From assembly GCA_951406725.2 (NCBI GenBank), contig OX597833.1, positions 37,138,001-37,202,000 of the forward strand: a stretch of 64,000 bases of DNA, in the 5' to 3' direction. Numbering within the stretch: position 1 is the stretch's first letter; the number at the start of each line of letters is the position of its first letter. Below are positions 37,577 through 52,179 of the stretch, piece by piece. Origin of the DNA: Octopus vulgaris (taxonomy: Eukaryota). The translations under genes and the position numbers were made by a program. A model generated the notes under the pieces. It saw nothing but the letters and a program-made list of their open reading frames with translations. It searched no databases and was not told where the DNA came from.

Positions 37577-40439
37577 ATTTTTACATTTCGGAGACATGTA
37601 GAAAGATTTTGTTTATAATTATTGTTAGCAAAGATTTTTATCTTCTTTTTCTTAAAGTAGTGCAGTAGTCTAGATACTAAACACGTCTTTAAAGTTTATT
37701 CTGGTCTTCTCGACCTATTTCTAATTATGTAATATGTACACATTTATGCAACTAACACTAAATAATTTCATTGTCATCTACTTATTCTTTTTCTCCTTAC
37801 AGTTTATCCTATTAATTGCATTCAACACCAAAATATTTCATTTACTTACGCACTGCCATAGTAATAGTTACCAAACAATTGCACTGTAGGTATTATGTGA
37901 CAAAATAGACTATCTTGCTCATCTGCATAAAACAGAGATAGGTTTGAAATAACAGCTGTTATTAAAATAATGTTGTTTTAATCTTGTCAGTCATATTTCA
38001 AATTTGTTGTTTAGTTTGGACATCTACATTGTTAAATATTTACTTTTAATATTAGAATGTAGTTCATTATTATATATTTTTGAACTGATTAAACATAACA
38101 TATAAATCCAGAATTGAGATATCTTATTCAGTCAGCTACTCTCAGAATATTTTTAAAATGTATTTCTATGCTAGCAGTTGTTTTCTTAGTGAGTTTGAGT
38201 TTCACTGTCCAAAAAAGTATTTTAAATGGGAATGAAAATGTAATGTATGTATGTATAATGTTACGTAATGTTGGATTCTGACTCAAAGACTCTACCCTTT
38301 TTAAAGAAATTACTCTTAGTCTTTACGAAAGTTATATAGATACATGTCCGCATGCCAGCCTGGAAGGTGGATGTTAAACGGTGGTGATGATGAATATCCA
38401 TTTCTCCATGCTAGCATGGGTTGTACATGAACATAGATAGATGAAGCAGGATCTTACAGCTGGATGCTTTTCATGTCACCACCATTAAGGAATTTCTATT
38501 TCACAGATACTCAAAAATGTGAAGCGGCTGACCATAATGTCAATCAAGAGTGTAAATATCAAATTACAATTTTGCTCATGTGAAGCAGTGGGATGTCAAC
38601 ATGCATGCGTGCACAAACACGCACATAAAATCTATATGTATAAAAAATATATCAAAGTATTGGTGACAGATGTATACTGTAATTAATTGGATTTGGCAGA
38701 AGAACAGAAATGGATAAACTCATTTCATCAACCAACTTTTTATCCAGACTTACATTTTATGATGCTAGAAAAAGTTGGTATCACTCATCTGGCTATTGAA
38801 GTCAAGTCTTAAAACTAAAAACATACAAGATAGAGACATAAGACTGGTACGGAAAACACAGACGGATACAGGGCATTAAAAATTTTTCTTTTGACCTGAG
38901 ACAAACATACAGTGGACCTCATTTTTATCTACCAAATTCACTTCAAATTTTCATCAACCAAATTACAGCCTATGATAAAGTAGGAGACACTTACCAAGGG
39001 TCCCATGCTGTAAGGAGTGAGTCTGAAATTATGTAATTAAGTAGCAAACTTCTTAACAAAATAAATAATGATTCTATAGTTAGGCAGTAGGAAAAGAATC
39101 TTAATTATTATTCTAGCAACACAAATATGCAAATGGGTATATGTCAACATGGGGAAAGTTATGAAATATGAACATTTACTCTTTTATTTCGTTTGTTTAG
39201 AAATGTTTTTAATTATTTTTCTTATTTGCTATTGAAAATTGTAACTAATAGTGCTTTGAGAAAGAGAGAGTTTAAAGATAAAATTTATCTTGGCTCTACA
39301 TGCAAGATTAAATCACTCTCATTAGTTGTTAAACTTGCTTGAAAATAATACCCTTAATTTTAATATTTATGAAAGACATTTCTATACGCTTATGTATGTA
39401 TGTTTTGGGCTAATTATAACAACAGCAGGATCTCCAAGACTAGTGGGAAGAACTTATCCACATACCAGAGACTTGGCTTCCATGTTTTAACAACTGAGTG
39501 AACTCTGCTACCGGCACCAAAAGCCAGGAAGTGGTAGTAAGTTGGTCATTGATTAAGTCTACCATTTAACAGAAATGGTCCCTATGATGGCATGCCATAC
39601 ACAGTTTCCATCTGCCAGATTTCATTCAAAGATTTGGTTGAGGTAAATTCTATGCACAGTAGAACTGAAATCTGAAACCATGTAGTTGTGAAACATATTT
39701 CTTAACCATTCAACCCTGTCTTCACCCAAGACTTTATATAAAAGACACATCCTTGAAAGTTAAACAAAATTTAGAATAACTTCTTGTTAGCTGTATATAA
39801 GATCAAATATCCTGTATAAAATTTAAACTGGAATTGCAAATGTTAAATCAAATACTGAAAGTTTAGGCTATATAGTGTGTGACTTTGTTGTTTTATTCTT
39901 ATTCGAGGCTGACACGTTATCCGAGTACTTAGGTAAAATGCTGGGCAAGACGCTTTCAATTCAGAAGTTAATTTGGTTGTCTCTATGTGTGCATGATAGA
40001 AATTCCATCTGTTTCAAATTTCAAGCCATTGTATACAAGACCAGTTTTGAATTGACAAAAAAGCTTCCCTTTCTGAACAGTATTTCTGCATTTAAATCTG
40101 GTGATTTTGCTATGCACAGCTGTTACATATTGTGATTTTCTAAAATATTCCTTCGAATTTTGAAGTTTTTAATTATTTATTTAAATTGAGCATTTATCTG
40201 AATTTTTTTTTATTTTGTCTTTGGAAATTATTGTATAACTGTTCTGTATTGTTTGTTAAAAAAATTTTTCAAAGCAAATAACTTATTTTTCTTGATTATT
40301 TCTAAATATACAACTTACCAACAACGTAAATATTGTAAATTGAATGAAATAACCGCATAGAAAAGCTGTTTGTAAGCTCTATAGCAACTATTTTATCAGC
40401 TAAATAGTATGATTTCCTAATGATAATGATTATCACTTG

Positions 40440-41000
40440 AGAGTGAATGCGTGGGTCAGAGGTGATATCATTACAAGGACAGATAGCCTAACACATACAA
40501 ATAAACAAAACCACTCACATAGTAACACCATTTATATTGATTCCCTTCAATCTAGGTTGTTGCCTCCCCTGTCTTGCTTATCGTTCATCCTCTCTCCGTC
40601 TTTCTATCTCTCTCTCTCTCTTTCACTCACCTATTTTGTTCCTTACCACTATTCCCTGTTGTCAGCATATGTGTTTCTCTCCCTCCCCATTTACACCCTG
40701 TCTAGTGCAAGCAGCCTGTTACTGCTGCTGACTGTGCCGACTGCTGCTACTGCTGCTGTAGTCCTTGTCTAGACAGCCTTCTAGGTCAACTAGTCATTTT
40801 GCTAAAATAAATATAAATAAAACAGATGAGAAAGGAAATAAAAAGTAGGCCTGCTACTACTGCTATTGACACTGAGCATCACAGCTGATGACAAGGAAAG
40901 TATGAGGGCTTAACCTGGCAGCAACAAACAGATTGCGTAGTTCTTCAGTCTTTCTTTTTATTTTTCTTTCCTTCTATTTGTTTATTTAAATAACTAAGGT
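40440..41000. promoter_or_regulatory. Candidate alternative promoter or regulatory segment
   Basis: CT-rich tract followed by (CTG/CTA)n, the palindrome TGTCTAGACA (40766-40775) and a possible donor AAG|GTAACA at 40998. Lies in a SINE-free interval. Confidence 0.3.
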
Positions 41001-42877
41001 AACATTTTATATTCTTTATAGTTCTAATAGTCTTCCAAATTTTTACAGTGTTAATACTTTCTCTATTTAGCCAGAAAATTTTAACAAAGTAAAAAAGAAG
41101 AATATATATAAAAAAGATGCCTTTTTTTTGCTTCCTCTGCATTATTTTCAATATTTTCAGCTGTTTGTCGTTTAACCATTACAAACAAAACTGTCAAAGA
41201 ATACTTGTAAATTTGTTTTATTTTAAAACCAGTTTAACATAGAGTACTTTAGTTTTTGTTGCAATAAACTTATTTACTAATATAAGTTTACAACATCTAT
41301 TCATTTAAATTATTTAAATATTTGGTTATGAAAGTCTTGTATTTATCTAAAATAATGTTTATGGGCTCTTATATTGCTTCTGATAAGTATGTGGTCACTT
41401 CTTAAAATTATATCCTCTGTACATATGTAGACTGTTAGTTTAATCTCTGGCTTCAGTACTTGTTAACAGAGGTTCAATTTCGCATTATTGATTGTTAAAT
41501 GTTTAATTGAGTTAATCTCCTATTTTCATGCAGTAAGTCCTCACTAATCATTGACACTGAATGCGTAATCTATTGGAATAATGAGACTTAACAAGTGAAA
41601 GTTGTGAACTAATAGATTTTCTATCTTATGGGGGAGGGTGTCAATTTGCAGAAATCATATGATGATCATGTATCAGCTGACAGTTTTTTTTTCTTTCTTA
41701 TGAACATTCCATGTATATGCAATGAAGTATTTAGTTTTCAAAACTTAGCTCATTATTTAAAATACAATTATAGCTTATGCTATTAATATTTGCATCTTAT
41801 AAAAATGAAAAACAATTTCTGTTCTACATACAAAAAGGTTAATTTTAATGTTTAAATTACTCTTTTGATATAATGAAGTAAAAGAAAAGAAAAAGTCCTT
41901 AACATCAAGTATCTTTTCTTCATGAATTCTATGCATTTTGAACATTTAATCTGATCTGATTAGTCTTATTTGTTATAATAAACTTGAATTCCATGATTCC
42001 TAGGCACTTTTACTGTTACAGTAATTTATATCCAGAACTATTATATTGGAAAAATTCAGGATTGTACTGCCTAGAATAATTTCAAAGTAGACATTTTTTC
42101 CATGTCCCATGATGCATAACTCTTTGGAAGTTTCACTTTCAGTCACAGACTGACATACCAAACTTTTTGTGTTCTATGAGCTTGATTTTTTTTTTTTGAG
42201 GAATAGTCATACATACATAAAATTAATTAAACTCGAAATATTTAATTTGAATGCATATCCACCAAGAAATGTATTTTGAATACTTTATCTTTTTACACTG
42301 AAAGTATGTGATAAAAATTATTTGAATTTGTCGTTTAAAAGAACTTAACCAAACAGTTTCAAAGTTTAAATTCTAGAAACTTGTTCTCTATTATTCTATT
42401 ATATAAATGTTTATTTTTAATGAAATTGCTAAAATAAATTGTTTTAGCAAACTGATGCAATTCAGTATTTGTGAACAATTAAATGCTGATGAACTTGCTT
42501 CTAACACCTGCTGATCTTCTTACCTGTGCAGCTTTTTAATTATTTCACATCAACTTTCATTATTCAGTTCAAATATAAACTTTATTTGGTCATTAGTTAA
42601 ATGTAATTTTCAAAAGGTTACATGTTTCTATTAAAAAAAAAATTCCTTTCAAATTACGTTTTCTCTTTATTAATGAACAATTTAAATACTAAATAGGAAA
42701 GATATGTTTTTTTTTTGTATTTCGTTTACTTTAATGGGCAATTTAGTTAACTATAACACTTAAGAGTCATATGATAAAACATTTCTCATGTGATTTTTGT
42801 GTGTGTATATATGTGTGCAAATGTATAGGTGTTATTTCTTGATCTCACTCTATAATTGTGTTCATATATATCATTCT

Positions 42878-43592
42878 GTCTGCATTATATCTATATACAT
42901 ATTTTATGTGTGTGTGTGTATGTGTGAGAACATTGTTGTTTCTTTGTGAAAACATATATAACTGTGGAACCTTTTGTGAAGCAGACTCTTATGACTAGAC
43001 AGACTGGCTGTTAGCAACAACAAATTATGTATATTTTTGTCCACTTACTCAGAGATTGTTAGCTCATTGATTGGGGTTTGTCTGACTGTTAGCAGTAATA
43101 TAATATGCATATACTTGTCTGTCTGCTGTGTGACAGTAACCAGTTTCAGACAACCTTTTAGTTGGTAACAACTTCCCACCCAGTCTATCTTCATGGCCCC
43201 CACGCAGTACAAAGTAACTGATCCCAGACTGGTCATTTCCTGTAGCTCCTAATTTTTCTTTTTTGGTTATTGATGAACTTGTATGGAATAGTATATCAAG
43301 ATTTCAATACATTTTTATAGTATTTTATTCCGGCCTTATGTATGTTAATTTTTCTTCTACAGATTCCTTTTCTTCCTTATATGTGTAATGTTATTGCAAG
43401 GGGGAGGAGATTATGTTCCAGTCTGTTGCCTGCTGCTAACTAGTCTTTCCACTACACTGTCTGCCTCAAATATATACTTTCTGCTAGGTTACATTATGAT
43501 GACATCGTTGACTGTAAATGTATGCCTGAACCTAACTGTCTGGCGAGACTTTGGCTGGGCATCTTCATAACTGTCATGGCAGCAACAGTCTG
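42878..43592. promoter_or_regulatory. Homotypic cluster of 12 GTCTG/CAGAC (SMAD-box-like) motifs; candidate enhancer
   Basis: Sites at 42878, 42982, 43000, 43080, 43117, 43121, 43147, 43225, 43421, 43459, 43538 and 43588, in non-repetitive sequence. Confidence 0.45.
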
Positions 43593-44027
43593 GCTGACTA
43601 ATTTTTTTCTTTTACTTTCTTTCATTTCATTCTTTTCACCATTACTGAAAAGAGAAATAAAAGAAAAACGATGCTGCTAGAATATTTCTTCACATAGACA
43701 AATTAGTATTCCAATAACATTTTTGTTCTTTTTGTTACTGTTCATTCATTTTGTTACTGATTTGTTTCTCTCCTTTTCCACAAAGTTAATATTTCCCATA
43801 TCAGTTTTAATAAATACTATCTTTAAAGTGTTTATTTTTGTATATGTACTCATATTTCTTGAGAATTTAATAATGCTTAAATGGGAAAATCATTAAGAAT
43901 CTTGATAATTTTTTGATAGCTTTTTAAAATGCTTTTAGATGCAATTTTTTGTTTATGTTATTGTTACTATTTCGTTTTGGGCATTGAGTTGAAATAACTT
44001 TATGAATTGCATCGATCAGAGTAGTAT

Positions 44028-44080
44028 TTCTTTTCATCTAACTTCTAGAGTTCTTTTCATCTAACTTCTAGAGTTCTTTT
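44028..44080. repeat. 23-bp tandem duplication (2.3 copies)
   Basis: TTCTTTTCATCTAACTTCTAGAG x2 plus a partial copy. Confidence 0.95.
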
Positions 44081-44995
44081 AGATTGCAGAAAATGGTTTC
44101 ATCATTAAATTTGTATCATTTTCCTATTGCATGTCACTTATTCATAAGTTATATTGTTCTTACAGTTCTAGTCATAGTTTTTAACTTGTAAATGTTTTCA
44201 AAATCTCATCTTGCTCATTTATGAAGTTCAGAATTATTCTTTGAGTACAATTAAGCTTAATTTTAATACAGTTCAGTCACTTTTATAATTTATGAAGTAT
44301 TTAAAAGCTTTGAATTTAGTGTTGAGAAAAACTTTTTTCTTCTTATTTAAAACAGAAAGTTTGCAAATTTCACTTTTTTCACTTAAGTCTAATAGAATTA
44401 TTTCCTTTGTGAGGTTGTTGACGTATGTTCTATATGTCTTTTCAATGATGATCTCTCCTTGGATCAATTGGGTTTGTAAGAAATAAGAAATAAAAAGTAG
44501 AAAATAAGTTATTTTTAGAGATAGGTAACCAGGAGCTCTACTGTTTAAATAACCAAATAGGATTTCAAATGCCAACTGAGAATGCTACTTCTATATCATT
44601 ATTACCCTGATGTAAATATTTGTATTTGAATATGCTGCCTTACCTATGATAAAAAGATGTTTAGTCGCAGAAACAAAGTTATACCTTCTTTAAAGGTTGA
44701 ATTTTAATAGAATGCAAACTCATATTTTTAAGTCACCAGCTATGTAAAACTATCCTGTAGAGTTGCTTTATCGAATTATACTTACAAGGTGTCAATATTA
44801 AAAATAACAAAAAAACCCAAAGTAACTAGGTAGTCTGTATGTGAATATATTGTGAATAAATTTACAATTAGTATTTTCTACATATAAGTAAAACTTCTTT
44901 CAATTGTTTACATTTTGTATTTACATATATTATAGACAGAAGGTAGTTTCAATAACTTTCCAAAGTATGATTTTACCAAAAATGTCTACAATATA

Positions 44996-45386
44996 GGCGT
45001 AGGAGTGGCTGTGTGGTAAGTAGCTTGCTTACGAACCACATGGTTCCGGGTTCAGTCCCACTGCGTGGCACCTTGGGTAACTGTCTTCTACTATAGCCTC
45101 GGGCCGACCAAAGCCTTGTGAGTGGATTTGGTAGACGGAAACTGAAAGAAAATCCCATCGTATATATGTATGTGCGTCTTTGTGTGTCTGTATTTGTCCT
45201 CCCAACATCGCTTGACAACCGATGCTGGTGTGTTTACATCCCTGTAACTTAGCGGTTCGGCAAAAAAGAGACCAATAAAATAAGTACTAAGCTTAGAAAG
45301 AATAAGTCCTGGGGTCGATTTGATCGACTAAAGGCGGTGCTACAGCATGGCCACAGTCACATGACTGAAACAAGTAAAATAGTAAA
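44996..45386 (+). mobile_element. SINE family A, full length, young
   Basis: GGCGTAGGAGTGGCTGTGTGGTAAG (A box), GGGTTCAGTCCC (B box), central domain, short (TA/TG)n, tail ...ATGACTGAAACAAGTAAAATAGTAAA. Confidence 0.95.
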
Positions 45387-45569
45387 TTATAATTGGTAGT
45401 TGTCATGCCTTCTTCATCTGATAAATTTGGTTTAAATTTCTATCGAAATTACTTCATAACTGCTATATTGCAATGTCATCATACTGTTGCCATTTTGACA
45501 TTCATGTTTCCCTATTAACATTGAATGAATAGATCCGTAGCACAACATCTCATCAATGAAGCCCAGTAT

Positions 45570-45730
45570 CCTAATTTACCACTTTTTCTCATTTCCTTTC
45601 TGTATCAGTATTAGGCACATTTTCACCCACAACTTATCAATTCACATCACTTGTCCATGCCATTATAGTTATCTCTCCTGCATACATTAGCTGATGCCTT
45701 TAATTCTCTCAGTTTATTTACACTGCACCT
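45570..45730 (-). mobile_element. Highly decayed RTE LINE C-terminal fragment
   Basis: The minus strand gives SVNKLRELKGIS*CMQER*L*WHGQVM followed by WVKMC, resembling the RTE RRLRWYGHV..WVK C-terminal motif. Confidence 0.45.
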
Positions 45731-45755
45731 TCTTTGAAAGTTAATATTTTTATCT

Positions 45756-46695
<940 letters not shown>

Positions 46696-46982
46696 TATAT
46701 CATATCTTGTATATCATATCCATCTCATGCTTCAGCTAATTTTCCCCATCCAAAGCCTACGCAGCATCACATATATGGAGAAAAAAAGCTTGTTTATTGC
46801 CAACAACTGAAACTTGTACTGCTCCTTCATTCTAGTTACTCTGTTTTATTATAACCATTCCTTCTATGAATTTGGTTGACTGTCTATTACTCCTGTTGAG
46901 CCTTTTCAATAGCTTATGGTGAGTTCCTTTGCAATTAATTACTGCGACAAATACATCACATATATGCAGTGTGTGTGTGTAC

Positions 46983-47215
46983 ATCATCATTTAATGTTCA
47001 TTTTCCATGCTGGCATGGGTTAGATGGTTTGACTGAAACTGATAAGCTGGAGGGCTGCACCAGGTTCCCATCTGATTTGGCATGATTTCTACAACTGGAT
47101 GCCCTTTCTAATGTTAACCACTCCAAGAGTGTAATGAGTGCTTTTTATGTGCCGTTGGCATGGATGCCACTTATATGACACTGGCAACAGCCACAACTGT
47201 GATTTCAGCTGGCTT
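46983..47215 (-). mobile_element. RTE-tailed short repeat family C
   Basis: ATCATCATTTAATGTTCATTTTCCATGCTGGCATGGGTT...TTTCTACAACTGGATGCCCTTTCTAATG. Related copies at 27885, 38345, 57030, 60160, 62060, 63040 and 63855. Confidence 0.75.
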
Positions 47216-47404
47216 ATACACACACATACCATCCTTTATGCTAGGACATCCAGTTAACTGGCATAAATATATCTAGAAATCTATATTGCAACAACAGTCA
47301 GTATTCATTTGCCATCTTCATAACGAGGGGTCATTTTGTAACAGAAATTTAATTATCTTTATAAAGCTTGCACATTAGTTTATGTAGAACGTAATATACA
47401 TATT

Positions 47405-47803
47405 AGGTGCAGACATGGCTGTGTGGTTCAGGAGCTCACTTTGCATCCATGTATTTTGGGTTCAGTCCTATTGCACCTTGGACAAAGTCTTCCACTTTTA
47501 TAGCCCCAGGCCAACCATTGCCCTTGTGAGTGAATTTAGTTGAAGAAAACTGTGTGGTAGGTCATCGTGTGTGTGTGTGTGCATGCGTGCCTTTGTCTTT
47601 GCTTCCTCTTCCAACATTCTTTGGATCAACAAGTGATGATAGTTTCTTTACATCCCTGTTATTTAGCACTTTGACAAAAGAGATCAATAGAATAAGTACC
47701 AAACTTAACAATGAGTACTGGTGTAGAATTTGACTAAATCCTTTAAGGTGGTGCCCCATCATAGCTGCAGGTCAATGACTGAAACAAGTAAAAGATAAAA
47801 GAA
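47405..47803 (+). mobile_element. SINE family A, diverged
   Basis: GGTGCAGACATGGCTGTGTGGTT...GGGTTCAGTCC...AATGACTGAAACAAGTAAAAGATAAAAG. Confidence 0.85.
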
Positions 47804-49277
47804 AATAAATATATTGCTTGATACAAACTAAAATGTAACTTATTCAATTATTTCTTCAATTTTCAACTGAATGGGGCATTAAAATAAGTAATTTCAATTA
47901 GATTTTCAAAATATTCCTTACATTTTTTTCTCTCCACATCCTTTGCTTTTGTTTTACATACATTTGATATTTATGAAGATTTTGAAAGTTGCATTCAAAA
48001 ATGTATAAACCTTTTTTTAGGTCATTAATTAACCATTATTTTCACCTGGGATGTCATTATCATCAGCTTAGCATCCATTTTTACATTTAGGTTATATTTG
48101 AAGAGTCAACAATTTATTATCTCTCTGCATCTCAATGTCTTGTACTGTTTGTGAAACCCAGTATTCTCAACTCTCTCTAACTTCTTTACCCTTTTCCTTC
48201 ACCATGCATCATCCATTTGTTTTTATATGTCCTTATCCATGCAATTACCTTTACATTATCTAAGTTTTTCCCTTAATTCATTCCCAAACACCACAATTGA
48301 AACACTTGAAACTTTACATCACTGCATAGAATATTTGCAAACTTCATGCTTTTTTCTCTTTTATTAATTAGCTAAGTAAACTTATTATATAGCTTTTTTG
48401 TTTATCCTCTGTATTTAATGATGTTATTTTCCTTCCTTCTTTCCATCTCATATACTTTATAACATTTGTGACTGCACTATTTCAACAGTCTGTTGCCAGC
48501 TGTTAGGTGAGATTCCTGTTCCAGTCACAGCACTATTAGTAAGTCACCTAGAAACACCACTGTGTTCTAAACCATTGGAATTTTCTTTATACAAATAATT
48601 ATTTTATTGAGTGGAAACTGGCTCTTACAGAGGCAGCCTTTTTGCATGCCCTTCTTTCTAATATATAATTTATAACAGAAACATGGGCTTCTCTTTTGTA
48701 ATTAGAAGTCAATTTTATCCTTAGTTCTCACCAAAATGGCTGGCAACTAGTTGGCTGTTTGGTTTCTAGATCCATGATATAAGTAAATTTTCTAGTTGCT
48801 GTGATGAATTAATGGAACAGATGAGAAAATTGGCAAGTTTCATTGTAGCTACAGTGAAAGTGGTTACCGAAGACCTTGGTTCTACAATGGTCCAGTTTCT
48901 GAGTGGGTTTGCTCACCGAGTGAAGTTTTGTCCTGTAGAACTGTTATTCTTGAGTAGCTCCAATCAACTCTGCCTTATGACAGCAAAAGCTTGGCAGTAA
49001 CCTATAGGTACACCTTCCTGATTTTATTTTTAATCTGGTTCAAGGTCTTGTATACTTCTCTATGTAGTCTTTGTTGTGGTATATGGTTTGCTATCCAGTT
49101 AAGGATACTGTGCTACATGTGATTTATTGAAGTGTTATATATGCTAAATTGGACTTTTAGTTTTTCCCCCCCTCTCTTCTTACTTTTAATAAGTTTGATA
49201 CACAAATATAAGTTTGTGTTTTCCAGTGTTATGTTAGGAGGAGTGATATTGGTAAGAAAAGAACTGGTAGCTTCTAA

Positions 49278-50129
49278 TATATACCTAAAAGTATCCGGAA
49301 ACATTCTCTGTGGGACAAGCCCGTTTTTAGTTCTGGCTTCTTCCACTAGAAGCAACCCTCAGGCATCAGTCTGCCAAGCAGTGCCACCGGGTAGGGTCAT
49401 ACTGCCACATGGTGTGTCTTTGTTTTGCAGTACTTCTCCCTTGTTCATCAATTTTTGTGATGGCTGAAACAAAGAAGCAGTGTGCTTCCATCAAATTCTG
49501 TTTTCTGCTGGGGGAAACAGCAGCTGAAACAGTTGTCATGCTTCAAACAGCTTACAAGGATGCTGCCATGAGCAAGACACAAGTTTACAAGTGGTTTCCA
49601 CGCTTTAGGAATCATCACTTATTTGAAGACCAACCTCGATCAGGACAACCATCAACGGAACAAATGAAAACATCACAAAAATTCTTGAACAACTGTCATG
49701 GAATAACTGATGAACTTGTTGATATGACTGGTGTGCCCTGGAGCTCCAGCTAATGAATTTTGAGCAAGGAGTTGCGAATGAAAAGAGTTGCAGTAAAATT
49801 TGTGCCTCTCTTGCACATGGAAGATCAAAAACAGTCATGACTGAATGCATGTTGTGAACTGAAACAACATTTGAAAGTTGATCCAGACCTTTTTTAAGGT
49901 TATCACTGGTGACAAAAGCTGGTGCTATGGAATTTACAGATGTGGTAGAGACAAAGAAAAAAATGACAGAGGCATTAAAAGGCAACACTTTGCAAGAGTT
50001 CCAGTACAGCTTCGAATGTGCCTGCTTCAAATGAGGAATACTTTGAAGATGATAAAAATGTAAACATGTAAAACTAAGTGAATGAAATAATATTGCAAAA
50101 TTCCAGTTTCTTTTGGGTACCCCTTCGTA
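49278..50129 (+). mobile_element. Mariner transposon, internally deleted pseudo-copy
   Basis: ATG 49460: MAETKKQCASIKFCFLLGETAAETVVMLQTAYKDAAMSKTQVYKWF..EDQPRSGQPST (HTH). Then MKRVAVKFVP and KVITGDKSWCYG (first catalytic D), and terminal EYFEDD. Right TIR TTCCAGTTTCTTTTGGGTACCCCTTCG-TA partly mirrors the left TACCTAAAAGTATCCGGAA. Frameshifts and stops present. Confidence 0.93.
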
Positions 50130-51004
50130 TTTGGTTTGGCTATATTAAGGAATCTCAAAGAATGTGATAGTACTATCATAGCTATTGAATTTTGTGTTAA
50201 CATACTATGGAAATCGTATGTACATTGTTTGAAAAAGCTGAGAAATTTGACAAAATCTTGTAGATTTGTATTCGCAAAGCCTTGGAAATTTTGTTATAGT
50301 CTGTGGCATTGTCTTGACTTCTTAACCAATATTTGGCGTAGGTAGCTGAGTGGATTGTTGAGTATATTTATATATTTGATCAGTAGAGGGTTGAATTAAG
50401 AATTGATCCCTATGATTGGTAGCATGGTGTGTAATGGAAGATATCTAATTAATGTGAGAAGTTAATAAGTAGCATGTGTTGAATGCTGGTAAAATGCAAT
50501 CAAACAGACTAGAAGTTTCTTTCTTTGAGGAGACATATTTGATGTTTGAGTCTGTGGATAAGTGATGTGATACAGTTTGGTTTAGTAGGATTTTGTATTT
50601 GATTTGATAATCTAAGATAGGTATGAGACTTGATGCATTTTACGTATGTGTATCACTTCATTATGGAACATTGTTTTCCTTTTTACTCCTACTTTAGTCT
50701 TTGTGAGAAAAAGCATGAAAGCCTAAAAGTGATAAGTGTTTTGTTTAAACAGTTACTGGCTATTAAAGTAGTTGGGCAATTTAATCCAAGTGGCAATTAT
50801 TCAAGAAGTGGAATACTTTAATGACTATTACTTCAATTCCTGTTGCAATATGTTACTCTTGCAAAGTATTTTTTTTGTATGTGTAGAAAATAACATTCTT
50901 TTAGTGTTAAGTATTAGCAAAGACTAACATTGTCTAAACCTTTTTATCCACTATCACACCCTACTAATCAGGATCTTCCTTATTGTACTAATTCAAAAGG
51001 ATCA

Positions 51005-51245
51005 ATGGTCCTTCTTAAGCCATAGGCTCATAAAGCTGGTTTCTCAGATTCTGTGGTGTATATATCCACCCCTCTCTTGAACAGGACACCAGTCTGTTGC
51101 AGTATTACTCATTTTTACCAGCTGAGTGGACTGGAGCAATGTGAAATGAAGTGTCTTGCTCATGAACACAACACATCACCTGATCTAGAAATCAAAACCA
51201 TAATTTTACAATCATGAGTGCAACAACCTAACTACTAAGCTACAC
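51005..51245 (-). mobile_element. SINE family D
   Basis: GCTGAGTGGACTGGAGCAATGTGAAATGAAGTGTCTTGCTCA...ATCATGAGTGCAACAACCTAACTACTAAGC is the reverse of a tRNA head plus central domain. Confidence 0.75.
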
Positions 51246-52179
51246 ACTTCTAAATAGTACTGATTACATTACCCAAATGTATTATTGTTTCAGATGTGTG
51301 TTAAATTTGACTAAGTCAGTGTTACACTTGAAATGTAGGAGCTCTGATAACCATATTGCTGTCAGCACTACCCTCATGGTGTATATATTCTAGAAAATAG
51401 GTTATTATAGGCTATACTTTTGTAAACATGTTTACAAATATTTAGTTAGATTGAAACAACAAAAAGTCCTCATGATTAAAGTTTTCAGCTTTAAACAGAA
51501 TATCGTTTAATTATAAATTAATGTTACTTTGCTTTATCTTATATATAATGAATCTTTTTTTCTTTTCTTTTTTTTCTGTTATAACTTTGACAAGCTGAAT
51601 AATTTATGTCCTTGGAGGATTAAGTGTTGCAATGATAAAGGGTAGATACATGTATAAAATATTACCAAAGTTATATACTAGTTAAATTAGTGCTAACATA
51701 CTAAATGCAAGGTGCATTTTAAAGCTAATTCAAAGTAGCTTTAAAATGAATTATTTTTTTCCCCAATATATCTGCAAGTATGGGCATATTTTGGTCTTAT
51801 TTTGACCTCATCATAGAGAGCACAACCTTCACACTACTGTATGGGGGTAGTGAGGAAAAAGAACATGTAAATGTGCAAGGTTGTGCATAGATTGGTGTTA
51901 GGAAATAGAATTGTAATGAAAAGTTACATCAAAGTAAAATTCTTAGATATTTATCACTTATTTAATGATTTAGCACTATTCTTTCAGTTAAGAATTTGTT
52001 TATAATTTACTGTACCAAACCCCTCAAATTATCATTTCTATTATTACTATCAATAGACTTACTTCTTCTTTCTTAAACCTTACTATTAAATACAACTTAC
52101 CCAAATTTCATAATTTTTATAATCCACTTGTTAACATATGTAGCTGAAGAATTGTATGATGTAGAGGCTAACATTTCTA

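Noticed and set aside
40885-40910. CTGATGA-CAAG-GAAA-GTA hammerhead-like core
   Set aside because: Stem II is at most 1 bp and stem I cannot form.
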